A stretch of DNA of 63,881 nucleotides, counting the filler. It is 3 parts of 3 records of this genome, joined end to end, with 100 filler letters (N's around TTAATTAATTAA, not from the genome) between each part and the next. Parts side by side here need not be neighbours in the genome. Positions count along the whole stretch, not along the records: positions 1 to 31,783 come from SRR2962707_3263; 2 more parts are not named here. One strand, 5' to 3'. A program made the position numbers and the translations under genes. The notes beneath the pieces were generated by a model, which did no database searches, was not told the DNA's origin, and saw only the letters and a program-made list of their open reading frames with translations. Shown piece after piece: positions 19,629-29,648 of the stretch; the first letter of the stretch is position 1, and each line of letters opens with the position of its first letter.

Positions 19629-20594
19629 TCACTCCTCTACACAGATTTCCCACCGTCGCACCGCAACTGCGGTTCTGATCACCAGCCCGGTAATCAGCAG
19701 GCAAAGCACGACCAGTAAGATCAGCCCCAACCATTTCAGGAAGACCAGCCCCAGGCTTTGATGGATTAGCAGCGTGGCAATGGTGATTGCCGCCATGGGG
19801 AATGAATAGGCCCACCAGGACAGGGCGAACGGGACTTTGATGAAGCGGGACGCCTGGGTAAACAGCATCAGGGTAAGGAACAGTGCGCTGTAGTAGAGAA
19901 TTCGCGCAAAGGCGTCCACCTCTCCTCCGTTCAGCTGTAACCAGGACACCATTCCGACGCCGGGTGGTGCTATCAGGATAAACAGCGTAGGCAGCAGCTT
20001 TCCCGGTAGCGGTTGATGGAAGAACATTCGGTTAAAAATGATGGTCAGCAGCACCAGCCAGAACACCAGCCCGATGCTGAAAAAGAACCAGGAGATTTCC
20101 ACCGACGCGTGATGCACTCCGGCGATGGGCACCAGGATGTTGCCCACAATCGGGATGAACCAGGCCGGGTTCATATGGTTGATCTCGAAATGGGTGTGAT
20201 GGATCCAGATCGACAGTACATACAGCGTGAAGCCGAAATGCAGCACAGTGCCGGCGGTCCAGACAATCTGTGACAAGCCCGGATAATGAGGCAGAAGGGC
20301 AATGCTGATCAGTATCAGGCCGATCGAAATGGTCGGAAAAAAGTTGAGTTTGACCGGATGGCTCAGTTCAGCTTTGACACTGGCGGGGTGTCTGGCCAGT
20401 TTTAACAGGTAGAGGCCCGCGAGCGTGGCGAACACGGCCACGGTCAATGCCAGAAGTGCAGGGCTTGGGTGAATGCTCCACCCGAGTATCGCCTCTGCCC
20501 GGTGCAGGGCAATGGTCAAACCGGCAAGCCCCATGACTGTGGCAAACCAGGAAACCGGGAAGTTCTTTAGCCGTGAAACGTCGCTATGCGCCAT
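19629..20594 (-). CDS. TDT/SLAC1/TehA-family anion channel
   Basis: WFATVMGLAGL, NPAWFIPIVG, TLFILIAPP and SWWAYSFPMAA motifs. Confidence 0.88.
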   Translation of the reverse strand: MAHSDVSRLKNFPVSWFATVMGLAGLTIALHRAEAILGWSIHPSPALLALTVAVFATLAGLYLLKLARHPASVKAELSHPVKLNFFPTISIGLILISIALLPHYPGLSQIVWTAGTVLHFGFTLYVLSIWIHHTHFEINHMNPAWFIPIVGNILVPIAGVHHASVEISWFFFSIGLVFWLVLLTIIFNRMFFHQPLPGKLLPTLFILIAPPGVGMVSWLQLNGGEVDAFARILYYSALFLTLMLFTQASRFIKVPFALSWWAYSFPMAAITIATLLIHQSLGLVFLKWLGLILLVVLCLLITGLVIRTAVAVRRWEICVEE

Positions 20595-20621
20595 CGGATA
20601 CCTCGTTGTTTGCTTGTAACC

Positions 20622-20650
20622 AAAAGCGCCAGCCCGATAGAGGCTGGCGC
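20622..20650 (-). terminator. Possible terminator between the DsrE-like and TDT genes
   Basis: GCGCCAGCC/GGCTGGCGC stem followed by TTTT on the minus strand. Confidence 0.5.
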
Positions 20651-20678
20651 ATGAAAAACACCGGAACTACGTCAGACC

Positions 20679-21140
20679 TCAGAAAGTGAAGGTGCGCATC
20701 TTGCGATCCAGCATCTGGCCGGCCATGGCCGGCGGGGTTGCAACGCCAACACCTTCAAGCAGATCGTCTTTGCTGTACTCGCTGTTGGGCAGATACAGCG
20801 CACAAACATTCACCGCACCACCGGCTTTCATAAGACCACGCAACATCTGCCCCGGAGTGACGTTTTTGGGAGCCAGGGGCTCGGCCTCATAGGCTTTCAG
20901 AGCCAGGTCACCGGCTTCGTCGCATAGAAGCACATTCACCTTGGCACCCTTCTGGGCCATGGTGTTGGACAGCACCATCGCCATACCTTGGGTTTGCAGG
21001 GAGTCGCTGGAGAGAATCACCAGAACCTCGTCCACGGTGTTTCCTCTATTGCCGTCTTTCGCTTTTTGATTCTCCGCCATTGAGGTCAGTGGGGCCGCGA
21101 ACAACAGCGCCAGTACAAAGGTCTTGATGGCATTCGTCAT
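20679..21140 (-). CDS. Exported DsrE/DsrF-like protein
   Basis: Signal peptide; VLLCDEAGDLA and VNVCALYLPN resemble the DsrE fold; AGGAG RBS. Confidence 0.65.
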   Translation of the reverse strand: MTNAIKTFVLALLFAAPLTSMAENQKAKDGNRGNTVDEVLVILSSDSLQTQGMAMVLSNTMAQKGAKVNVLLCDEAGDLALKAYEAEPLAPKNVTPGQMLRGLMKAGGAVNVCALYLPNSEYSKDDLLEGVGVATPPAMAGQMLDRKMRTFTF

Positions 21141-21243
21141 GGGGTAACTCCTGAATTTTGATGGTTTACGTGCCAATCGTAGAACCAGGGCTATTGAGGC
21201 TTCAGTGACAATGTCACTGTTCTGCACGCCACAGAGCGATAGA

Positions 21244-21257
21244 TTGATTTTGCTCAA
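21244..21257. promoter_or_regulatory. FNR-like box between the divergent DsrE-like and otr genes
   Basis: TTGAT-TTTG-CTCAA, one mismatch to consensus. Confidence 0.55.
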
Positions 21258-21337
21258 TGCTTTTACACGTCGCCGGGAAATCCCGCTCTGTGTAACTAGA
21301 CTCAATTCAGATGCTCATCTGAGTGGATGGTGCCGAT

Positions 21338-22957
21338 ATGAACAACAAGAGAGCCCTGCGAATACTCTTTTCGCTCAAATGGTTGGTGCTCGTTGCCAGC
21401 CTGGGATTTGCCGCGAATGGGTCCGCCTCGATAGCGCCCGTAAACGGGAAATCGACCACCACGGCAGATCACAGCAAGTTCAAGGCATTGCAGGGCCCCT
21501 TTGACCGCGCGGAAGACGTGACTGCGGCCTGCCTGACCTGCCATACCGAGGCCGGTGAACAGATTCGCCAGACCACTCACTGGACATGGCTCTACGAGCA
21601 TGACGAAACCGGGCAGACCCTGGGCAAAAGCAAGGTCATCAATAGCTTTTGCGGGATGACCATTACCAACGAGCCCCGGTGTACGTCGTGCCATGTGGGT
21701 TATGGCTGGAACGATATGCGTGAGCCACCGCCGCAGGCCGAGAATGCGGTGGATTGCCTGGTGTGCCACGACACCACAGGCGAGTATTGGAAATTCCCGA
21801 CGCTGGCGGGCCACCCCACCTATATTCCCCGGGAATGGCCCAAGGGCAGCGGCAAAATGGTCCAGCCGCCGGACCTGGAGCGCATTGCCCGGAATGTGGG
21901 CGCCAGTGGCCGGGCCAATTGCGGTAGCTGCCACTTCCATGGAGGCGGTGCCGACGGCGTGAAGCACGGTGATCTGGATACGTCTCTGATTAATCCACCA
22001 AAATCACTGGATGTGCACATGTCGCCGGAGGGCCTGAATTTCGGCTGTTCTGACTGCCACACCACCATGGGGCATGCGGTATCCGGCAGCCGCTACCAGG
22101 CCAATGCCCGGGATACCCTGGGCATTGATGTGCCGGGCCATACGGATTTTTCCCGGGCCAGTTGTGAGTCCTGCCATGGCCTTGCGCCCCACGACAAGCC
22201 AAAACTGAACGACCACGTAGACAAACTGGCCTGTCAGACTTGCCACATCCCGGCCTTTGCCCGGGGCGGGGTGCCCACCAAGACCTGGTGGGACTGGTCT
22301 ACCGCCGGCCGACTGGATGAAAACGGACAGCCAATAAAAGAACTGGACGACCATGGCCACCCGAGCTACCTCAGTGAAAAAGGGGATTTCCGCCATGGTG
22401 AGAATGTGGTGCCGGAATACGCCTGGTTTGATGGCACGGTGCAATACACCCTGGCGGGGGATCCGCTGGATATCGAGAACCCGCCGGTGGCCATTAACCG
22501 GGTGGAAGGCAGCCCCGATGACAGCGAATCCCGCATCTGGCCGTTCAAGGTGATGCGTGGAAAGCAGCCGTTTGATACCGAGAGACGGACCTTGCTGGCC
22601 ACCCATGTGTTCGGAGCCGATGACACTTCTCTGTGGAGCAATTTCAGCTGGGAGAAAGCCCTGCAAGCCGCCAGTGATCTGTCTGGCATGCCCTACAGTG
22701 GTGAGTTCAGCTTTATCGAAACCACCATGCACTGGCCGATCACCCACATGGTGGCGCCCCCTGACCAGGCGGTGAAGTGCGGTAGTTGCCACAAGGCTGA
22801 AAGCAGGCTGGCGGGGCTGGGCGGTATCTATATGCCCGGCCACAACGGCAGTATCTGGCTTGACCGGATTGGCTGGTTGCTGGTGGCGGCCACCCTGTTT
22901 GGTGTTCTGGTGCATGCCTTGGCAAGGATCGTGTTCAGAGCGAGGAAAGACCAATGA
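21338..22957 (+). CDS. otr: Octaheme c-type cytochrome, tetrathionate reductase (Otr) family, C-terminal membrane anchor
   Basis: Eight CxxCH motifs (CLTCH, CTSCH, CLVCH, CGSCH, CSDCH, CESCH, CQTCH, CGSCH); GGGADGVKHGDLD; WPITHMVAP. Confidence 0.88.
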   Translation: MNNKRALRILFSLKWLVLVASLGFAANGSASIAPVNGKSTTTADHSKFKALQGPFDRAEDVTAACLTCHTEAGEQIRQTTHWTWLYEHDETGQTLGKSKVINSFCGMTITNEPRCTSCHVGYGWNDMREPPPQAENAVDCLVCHDTTGEYWKFPTLAGHPTYIPREWPKGSGKMVQPPDLERIARNVGASGRANCGSCHFHGGGADGVKHGDLDTSLINPPKSLDVHMSPEGLNFGCSDCHTTMGHAVSGSRYQANARDTLGIDVPGHTDFSRASCESCHGLAPHDKPKLNDHVDKLACQTCHIPAFARGGVPTKTWWDWSTAGRLDENGQPIKELDDHGHPSYLSEKGDFRHGENVVPEYAWFDGTVQYTLAGDPLDIENPPVAINRVEGSPDDSESRIWPFKVMRGKQPFDTERRTLLATHVFGADDTSLWSNFSWEKALQAASDLSGMPYSGEFSFIETTMHWPITHMVAPPDQAVKCGSCHKAESRLAGLGGIYMPGHNGSIWLDRIGWLLVAATLFGVLVHALARIVFRARKDQ

Positions 22958-23553
22958 ACCGGGTACTGATGTTCAAACGTTTTGAGCGCTTCTGGCACTG
23001 GAGTCAGGCGCTGCTGATTTTTGTTTTGCTGTTCACCGGCTTTGCCATTCATGGCAGCTACGACGTCATGCGCTTCAGTACCGCCGTGCAGGTACACACC
23101 ATGGCAGCCTGGGCGCTGATTGTGCTGTGGGTATTTGTCATTTTCTGGCATTTCACCACCGGCGAGTGGCGCCAGTATATTCCCACCCGGGATGGCCTGT
23201 TTGCGGTTATGTATTATTATCTGGTGGGTACTTTTACCGGCGCCGCCCATCCCTACAAAAAGACCACCCGAGCCAAACACAACCCGCTGCAGCGGCTGGC
23301 TTACCTGTTCTTCAAACTGATAATTTCACCGATTATCTGGGGCTCTGGCCTGTTGTATCTGTTCTATAACGACTGGCCCGCGACGCTGGCTGGCGCGCTA
23401 CAGCTGGAGACCGTCGCGCTGGTTCATACCGGTGCCGCGTTCGCCATGCTGGTGTTTGTGATTGCCCACGTTTACATGGCCACCATGGGTAAAACCCTGA
23501 CCAGTTATATCAAACCGATGATTACCGGTTACGAAGACCTGGACCGTCAATGA
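22954..23553 (+). CDS. Cytochrome b membrane subunit (PhsC / hydrogenase-b type)
   Basis: FERFWHW, HNPLQRLAY, His-bearing TM helices; ATGA overlap with otr. Confidence 0.85.
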   Translation: MNRVLMFKRFERFWHWSQALLIFVLLFTGFAIHGSYDVMRFSTAVQVHTMAAWALIVLWVFVIFWHFTTGEWRQYIPTRDGLFAVMYYYLVGTFTGAAHPYKKTTRAKHNPLQRLAYLFFKLIISPIIWGSGLLYLFYNDWPATLAGALQLETVALVHTGAAFAMLVFVIAHVYMATMGKTLTSYIKPMITGYEDLDRQ

Positions 23554-23775
23554 GGCGCGGTCAGGTAAGCGCCTCTCGCTTGCCTGACGGCTCCTGGCCC
23601 GAACCGCCAAAAAGCCACTCCCGCCGCTCGATATTCCTGCCAGATGAGCTGTGAGCCGCGAAGACCTTGTGCTCTATATATTTCATATTGATATAACGAT
23701 ATACCTAAAATGATGTTAGGATTTGATATACATCAAGATGAAATGCCGTGCGAACAAACACAAGAGGGTAGAGGC

Positions 23776-25038
23776 ATGAACAGCAGAACAGAACCGGCGG
23801 GGGCAGACCGGCACCACACCATTGTTATCGTCGGTGGCGGCGCTGCCGGTATCTCGGTGGCGTCCAGCCTGCACAAACGGGACCGCCGTCTGGATATCGC
23901 CATCGTTGAACCATCCACGACCCATCATTATCAGCCGGGCTGGACCATGGTCGGTGGCGGCGTTTTCCAGCCGGAGGTTACCTCCCGGCCCATGTCACAG
24001 GTGATGCCGGGTTTTGTCTCCTGGTATCAGCAGGCGGTTTCGGGCGTAATGCCGGAGCAGAATCAGGTAAGGCTGGCGGACGGTTCGAGCATCTCCTATC
24101 AGGCACTGGTGCTGGCGCCGGGGCTGGAGCTGAACTGGTCTGCCATTGATGGCCTGGAATCCGCTCTTGGGGACAATGGTGTGACGTCCAACTACCGTCA
24201 AGGTATGGCGCAATACACCTGGCAAACGGTACAGGCCCTGAAAAAGGGAAGGGCCCTGTTCAGCCAGCCACCCATGCCTATCAAATGTGCCGGGGCGCCG
24301 CAGAAAGCGATGTATCTGTCTTCCGACCATTGGCGCAGAAACGGAGTTCTTGGCCAACTCGATATTCAGTTTCATAATGCCGGAGCGGTTCTGTTCGGTG
24401 TGCCGGCTTATGTCCCGGCACTTCAGGAATACATCGATAAATACGGTATTCAGGTCAACTTTCAGAGCAATCTGGTAGCTGTTAACGGCCCCGCCCGGAA
24501 AGCCACGTTCCGGCTTACGGACGCTGAAGGTAACAGCCAGGATCGGGAACTGGATTTCGATATGTTGCACGCGGTGCCGCCCCAGCGGGCGCCCGGTTTC
24601 ATCCGCGAGTCCGTTCTGGCCAATGACGGTGGCTGGTTGAATCTGGCGGACGATACGCTCCAACACAAAACCTTTGCCAATATATTCGGACTTGGCGACG
24701 TGAGCGGCACCGGTAATGCCAAAACCGCCGCAGCCGTTCGAAAGCAGGCGCCGGTCGTGGCGGAAAACCTCATTGCAAGTTTACGGAATCAGCCCCTGCC
24801 TGCGGCTTACCTCGGGTACGGTTCCTGCCCGTTGACGGTAGAGAACGGCCGCATCGTGCTGGCCGAATTTGGCTATAACGGTGTGCTTCAGCCCAGTTTC
24901 CCGCAGTGGGTAAACGATGGCACCAAAGCCACACGCGCTGCCTGGTGGCTCAAGGCCAAGCAGCTGCCCACTTTGTACTGGCACGGTATGCTCAAAGGGC
25001 GTGAGTGGTTGGCGAAGCCTGAAGTCCGGGAGGGCTAG
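23776..25038 (+). CDS. sqr: Sulfide:quinone oxidoreductase, type II-like
   Basis: GGGAAG, HYQPGWTMVGGG, IKCAGAPQK, KTAAAVRKQAP and GYGSCPL (both catalytic Cys present). Confidence 0.85.
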   Translation: MNSRTEPAGADRHHTIVIVGGGAAGISVASSLHKRDRRLDIAIVEPSTTHHYQPGWTMVGGGVFQPEVTSRPMSQVMPGFVSWYQQAVSGVMPEQNQVRLADGSSISYQALVLAPGLELNWSAIDGLESALGDNGVTSNYRQGMAQYTWQTVQALKKGRALFSQPPMPIKCAGAPQKAMYLSSDHWRRNGVLGQLDIQFHNAGAVLFGVPAYVPALQEYIDKYGIQVNFQSNLVAVNGPARKATFRLTDAEGNSQDRELDFDMLHAVPPQRAPGFIRESVLANDGGWLNLADDTLQHKTFANIFGLGDVSGTGNAKTAAAVRKQAPVVAENLIASLRNQPLPAAYLGYGSCPLTVENGRIVLAEFGYNGVLQPSFPQWVNDGTKATRAAWWLKAKQLPTLYWHGMLKGREWLAKPEVREG

Positions 25039-25042
25039 GCGC

Positions 25043-26038
25043 TTACAGTGCCCAGCTGAATGACAGCGTGCCAAAGCTGAAGTTATCCTGGTTACGCTGT
25101 TCTTCCCCCGTCGTGGCCCGCAAAATCAGCGCCGCTTGCAGGTTGTCCCACTGCCAGGTGCCGCCCAGGCCTAACTGGCCGAGCAGGGGGCCTTCACTGA
25201 ACCGGTAGGGCCCGGAATTGTCCTCCAGATAGGAATAGGCAATGTATTCCGCCCCCAGGCCTATGAATACTGACCAGGCGCTTTTCGCGTCACTGAAAGA
25301 GCCGGGTAGCGCGATGGCCGAGGAGCTGCCGGCGTAATCCGGTATAAAATTGGCCGGAAGGTTTCTGCCCATCCGCCAGATCACGCCAACGGTCGCGGAG
25401 GTTCGAAAACTGGACAGCAGGCCGGAGCCTACCGCTGAAAACTGTTGTTCAAGGTCGCCGCGTTGCCCCGCTTGCAACAGTTTGCGCCCGTGGGCCGCCT
25501 GAAATCCGCCAACCACGTCGGTCCCTAGCTGGTTGTCCCATCCTTTGGGGCGTTCGCTCCCGGTGATTTTGTGTACCCATTTCTGGCTGGCTTCGGCGCC
25601 GCTTTCAGGACCAACCACGCCAATGTGAGCGCCGTACCCCGTAATGCTGTCGGCGCTCCAGCTCCAGAGGGTGCTGCTCAGGGAGAGATGACCGGCGTAG
25701 GGGATATCATTGAATTGAGGCTCTTCCTGGCTAATGTCTGCCGGTGTCACCATGAGTTGACGCAGACTGACACTCATTGCATGGTTGTTGGCGGCGTCGC
25801 CGACGCCGGGCAGAAATGACAGACTATCTCTGCCTGCCCTTGCAAGTCGGGCTGAGCCTCCGCCGGAGTCTTCGGCCATGTTGGTAAGGTAAGACAGGCG
25901 CACGCCATTGGTGTAGCCCCGGTCGCTGCCAGTGAATAGATCGTTGTCCCAGGCAAGGTTGAACTGTTCCGCATTGGCGGAAGCGGGTGCTAGCACGAGT
26001 AAGAGGCTAATGCGGGCAAAAAGAGCTCGGATGGGCAC
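25043..26038 (-). CDS. LpxR/DUF2219-family outer-membrane protein (lipid A deacylase-like)
   Basis: Signal peptide; DNDLF..DRGYTNG, PYAG, Q..VH and PKGWDNQL motifs. Confidence 0.8.
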   Translation of the reverse strand: MPIRALFARISLLLVLAPASANAEQFNLAWDNDLFTGSDRGYTNGVRLSYLTNMAEDSGGGSARLARAGRDSLSFLPGVGDAANNHAMSVSLRQLMVTPADISQEEPQFNDIPYAGHLSLSSTLWSWSADSITGYGAHIGVVGPESGAEASQKWVHKITGSERPKGWDNQLGTDVVGGFQAAHGRKLLQAGQRGDLEQQFSAVGSGLLSSFRTSATVGVIWRMGRNLPANFIPDYAGSSSAIALPGSFSDAKSAWSVFIGLGAEYIAYSYLEDNSGPYRFSEGPLLGQLGLGGTWQWDNLQAALILRATTGEEQRNQDNFSFGTLSFSWAL

Positions 26039-26141
26039 TGGGAATGGACTCCGTGAGGGTAGGATGCAAAGTATCTTAGCAGAATCCTGCTACGGTTTTA
26101 TGGCGCAAACAGATCCATACCCGCGCTAATCAGGAGTCAAT

Positions 26142-26483
26142 ATGCACGTTAAAACCAATACTACGGGCTATGCCGATGCGCTGATCTGCGAAGCTGAGGG
26201 TCTGGAATCTCTTCGGGACGGGTTGCAGCAGGCAGGAGTTGAGGCACTCCGTATTCCGGAGGTTGTGGAGGCGGACCTTGCCATGACCGAGATGTTTGGC
26301 GGTTTCGGCGCGGCATTCTATCGTGCCTACGATCGCGTATACCCGCGCACTGAGGTCTACGCCACCAAGCGAGAAATCTATAACCTGTACCACTACCTCA
26401 ACCACTACAACCTGTTTGGTGGCGGGTATCTGGGTGGTTGCGAGCGTGGCCTGTCGGCCTTGGCGGCGTTACCAGCCCCGTGA
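26142..26483 (+). pseudogene. Fructosamine-kinase-family gene with a large in-frame internal deletion
   Basis: N-terminal EAEGL..L...RIPEV joined directly to C-terminal EADLAMTEMFGGF...YNLYHYLNHYNLFG; catalytic HGDLWSGN/DP core missing; only 113 aa. Confidence 0.8.
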
Positions 26484-26511
26484 TCAGAAGCTGGTAACGC
26501 CGGCATCACAC

Positions 26512-28634
26512 TCAGTTCCTGGCGGGTTTGCGTTCCCACACGGTCACTTCAGACAGCGTGTGCTGGAACTTGTGCTCGGTCTCGCGAATCACGAAGGGCA
26601 CTTTCCGGGGCTCGCCCACCATCCGGAAGTGCTCTCCCAGGCACTCTCGAATGCCGTCTAGCGTTCGGTGATTTTCGCCATCCTTCTTGAAACCGCCGAG
26701 CCATTCCTCTTTCGGGGTGTGTTCTTCAAGCCAGGTATACGGGGAGGCAATAATCAGCAGCCCGCCTTCGTTAATGCGATCGTGGATGCACTCCAGGAAA
26801 CGACGTGGCCGGTACAGGCGGTCGATCAGATTGGCGGCCAATACCAGGTCATAACCGGAATACTGGGGCTTCAGGTTGCAGGCATCGCCCTGATAGAACG
26901 CCACCTTGGCGGCGGTGTCTTCGAGATCCAGTTCTTTCAGGGTGCGGGTATGGTAGCTGACCAGTTCGCCTTCTTCGGTCAGTGAATACCGGATGGCGCC
27001 CTGCTCGGCCATCTCCACCCCCAGACGTATGAAGTTGGCAGAGAAATCGACACCTTCAACCTCGTCAAACTGGCGCGCCAGCTCAAAACTTGCCCGGCCG
27101 CAGGCACAACCCAGATCCAGCGCTTTCCCGGTCTTTTTGCCGGCCATAGCCTCCAGGGCCAGTTCCGCCATGGTTTTCGGGAAATTGGCGACACCAAACC
27201 AGCTGTCGCCGTAGTGGAACTCGGCGTATTCAGTGAGTAGCCGGTCGCTCTCGTAATAGGCGTTGGGTTGAACCGCCTCGGCCTCGGAGGTGATGTAGCG
27301 GAAGCCTGCATGCTGGAAGAAATGCCGACGGAAGGCATAACGGGAGGCCAGCCTTGCTTCGTTGCCACAGGAAATCCAGGAGCCGCCTTTGATCAGATTG
27401 TGCTGGCCGTCGAACGTGGGTGTGGTGAAGTCGTCGTACAGTGGATGCACCTTGAAGTTGTCGAACGGATAGGTGGGCGTTTCGGTCCACTGCCAGACGT
27501 TGCCAACCACATCGAACCACTGGCCGTGGCGAAAGCGCGTTACCGGACACGACGAGGCACCATGGTCCAGGTGGAGGTTGGCGTTGGCCGGGGATTCACC
27601 CACTTCCCGGACGCCGGCTTCGTCACAGAGGCGATACCACTCGTCTTCCGTGGGCAGGCGGATGGGTTTGCCGGTTTGCTCACGTTTCCACTCACAGAAC
27701 GCCTTGGCCTCGTGATAGTTGACCTCGACCGGCCAGTCCCAGGGCATCTCCACCTCTTCAGTCATCAGGCGCAGCTGCCAGCCATTCTGCCAGCGCCAGA
27801 ACGTGGGGTGTTTGGCTGCGGCAAAGGTTCGCCAGGCCAGGCCCTCCTCGCTCCAGTATTCGTCTTGTTGATAGCCGCCGGCCTCGACAAATTCCAGAAA
27901 TTCCTGGTTGCTCACCAGGTACTGGCTGGCCTTGAACTCGGCGACGTCGGCCTGGTGCTCGCCGTACTCATTGTCCCAGCCGTAAAAGGCATCGTCATAG
28001 GGCTTGCCAATGTGCACTTTGCCAGCGGGAACGGTGAGCAACTCGTTTTCCGGTGCCTCGCCGGTTTCCCGGATGGGCGCCCATTCCGGTTGCGGTTGAA
28101 CGCGTTCCAGCGCGTGCTGGCGGATGAGCACCGAGGAAGTCTCAAGGTGAATACGCTCATGTTCGATGCCCATCACGATGGGCCACCAGTTACTGTCCCA
28201 GTCAATTGGCAGCGAGAGTGGCATGGTTTCGATCAACTCCAGCACGGTCTGGCGCACCTGTGCCCGGTAGTCCAGCACTTCCTGGACAGCGGGCCAGTCG
28301 TAGTGATCGTCGTTCAGGTCGTCCCAGCTCATTTCATCCACACCCACCGCGAAGATGGATTCCATGTTGGGGTTGATGCGTTCTTTCAGGATCTTGGCGA
28401 GCACCAGTTTGTTCACAAAGAAGGTGGCGGTGTGGCCAAGGTAGAAAATGAGCGGATGCCGGAGTCATCAGCCAGGCAATCGAACAGGCGCGTGTAGGTG
28501 TCGAAGGTGTCTGTGAAATAGTGCGCGATTTCCTGGCGCTTGGTGTCCGGGGTTCCCTCGGCCAGATTGGGCGTGCGGGTTAAACCGATGGCATGTTGGC
28601 GTTCGAGAATTGCAGTCGGGTTGGAGAACTCCAT
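26512..28634 (-). pseudogene. ovoA: 5-histidylcysteine sulfoxide synthase OvoA (DinB, FGE and methyltransferase domains), frameshifted near 28461
   Basis: The N-terminal frame ends ...LFDCLADD; a second frame resumes LRHPLIFYLGHTATFFVNKL, then GVDEMSWDD, EHERIHLETS, GNVWQW, RYAFRRHFFQHAGFR and the MT domain. Confidence 0.88.
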
Positions 28635-28739
28635 GGCTGAACCGATCCTTCCAGTGAATGATGTCCTACAGGATTACGTTCAACCATAGGTAACCGGTTC
28701 AGCGACTGGCAAGTAAAGGCCGGAATTAATCCGGGGGAC

Positions 28740-29468
28740 TCAGGCGCGGTTCAGCTCATAAACCGCCATATTGACCGCGGAGGCCAGGTTCAGCGACTCG
28801 ATAGCGGCCGCACCGGGGATGGTGTAGGCGTGGGCACTAAGTTCAGTCAGGGCTTGCTTTGGCACGCCGCGGGCCTCATTGCCAAACAGGTAGCAGTCCT
28901 GGGCCTGGAATTCGGGCTTGGTGATAGAATCGCCGCCGATGTCCAGGCAGGCGATGCGGGCGTATCGCTGCCCCAGCGTGTCCAGGGCAACCTCGGTCTC
29001 CAGCGGTACATGGAATATGGCGCCCATGCTGGCGCGCACCACTTTCGGATTGAACGGATCCACGCTGCCGGGGCTAAGGAGGCACCGGAAGCCACCGAAC
29101 CAGGCCAGCGTGCGCAGGATGGTGCCCAGATTGCCGGGATCCTGCACCTCGTGAAGGTAAAGCGCTTTTTCCCGGGAGGCGTTTTCTCCGCGGGCAGCCG
29201 GTGGCAGTGGCACCAACGCCAGGATGCCCTGAGGCGTTCTGGTATCGGAAAGCTGGGCCATCTGCCGGTCACTGATGACGTGCTTGGGCCAGAGGCTGGG
29301 CCAGTGCTCGTAGGCGCCGGTCACATACAGTTGGGCGTTGCGCCAGTGGGGCACCTGCTTCGCCGCTTTTTCCAGCTCCAGTACCAGATGCTCGCCTTCC
29401 ACCAGAAACTGTCCGAACGACTGGCGGTATTTCTTTTGATGCAGCTTTTTGATGTCGTCCAGTTTCAC
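28740..29468 (-). CDS. TrmH/SpoU-family RNA methyltransferase
   Basis: QDPGNLGTILRT, FGNEARG and ESLNLA SPOUT motifs. Confidence 0.9.
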   Translation of the reverse strand: MKLDDIKKLHQKKYRQSFGQFLVEGEHLVLELEKAAKQVPHWRNAQLYVTGAYEHWPSLWPKHVISDRQMAQLSDTRTPQGILALVPLPPAARGENASREKALYLHEVQDPGNLGTILRTLAWFGGFRCLLSPGSVDPFNPKVVRASMGAIFHVPLETEVALDTLGQRYARIACLDIGGDSITKPEFQAQDCYLFGNEARGVPKQALTELSAHAYTIPGAAAIESLNLASAVNMAVYELNRA

Positions 29469-29648
29469 GGTCTGCTTTCCATGGTGCCTGGCACGGCCGG
29501 GGCCGGGCGATGACGGTTTGAATGAGGCATGTGATCAGGCGCTATTGTACGGGGGCTTGGCTGGCTTGTCAGGATGTGGCTGGTTTTTGCGGCGTCACTG
29601 ACGCCGGCGTACAATGCCGGTTTTCCCGCAGTGAACAGAAGGCAGGCG

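Noticed and set aside
21160-21177. Sigma-54 promoter before the DsrE-like gene
   Set aside because: TGGCAC (-24) is present but there is no TTGC at -12.
19590-23590. Intergenic hairpins near 19590-19620 and 23560-23588 as a REP family
   Set aside because: They are not similar to each other and are more simply transcript-end hairpins.
28465-28470. TGA-TGA before the ovoA downstream frame as selenocysteine read-through or programmed frameshift
   Set aside because: The true N-terminus is in another frame, conserved residues appear to be missing and no slippery site is visible; a deletion explains it.
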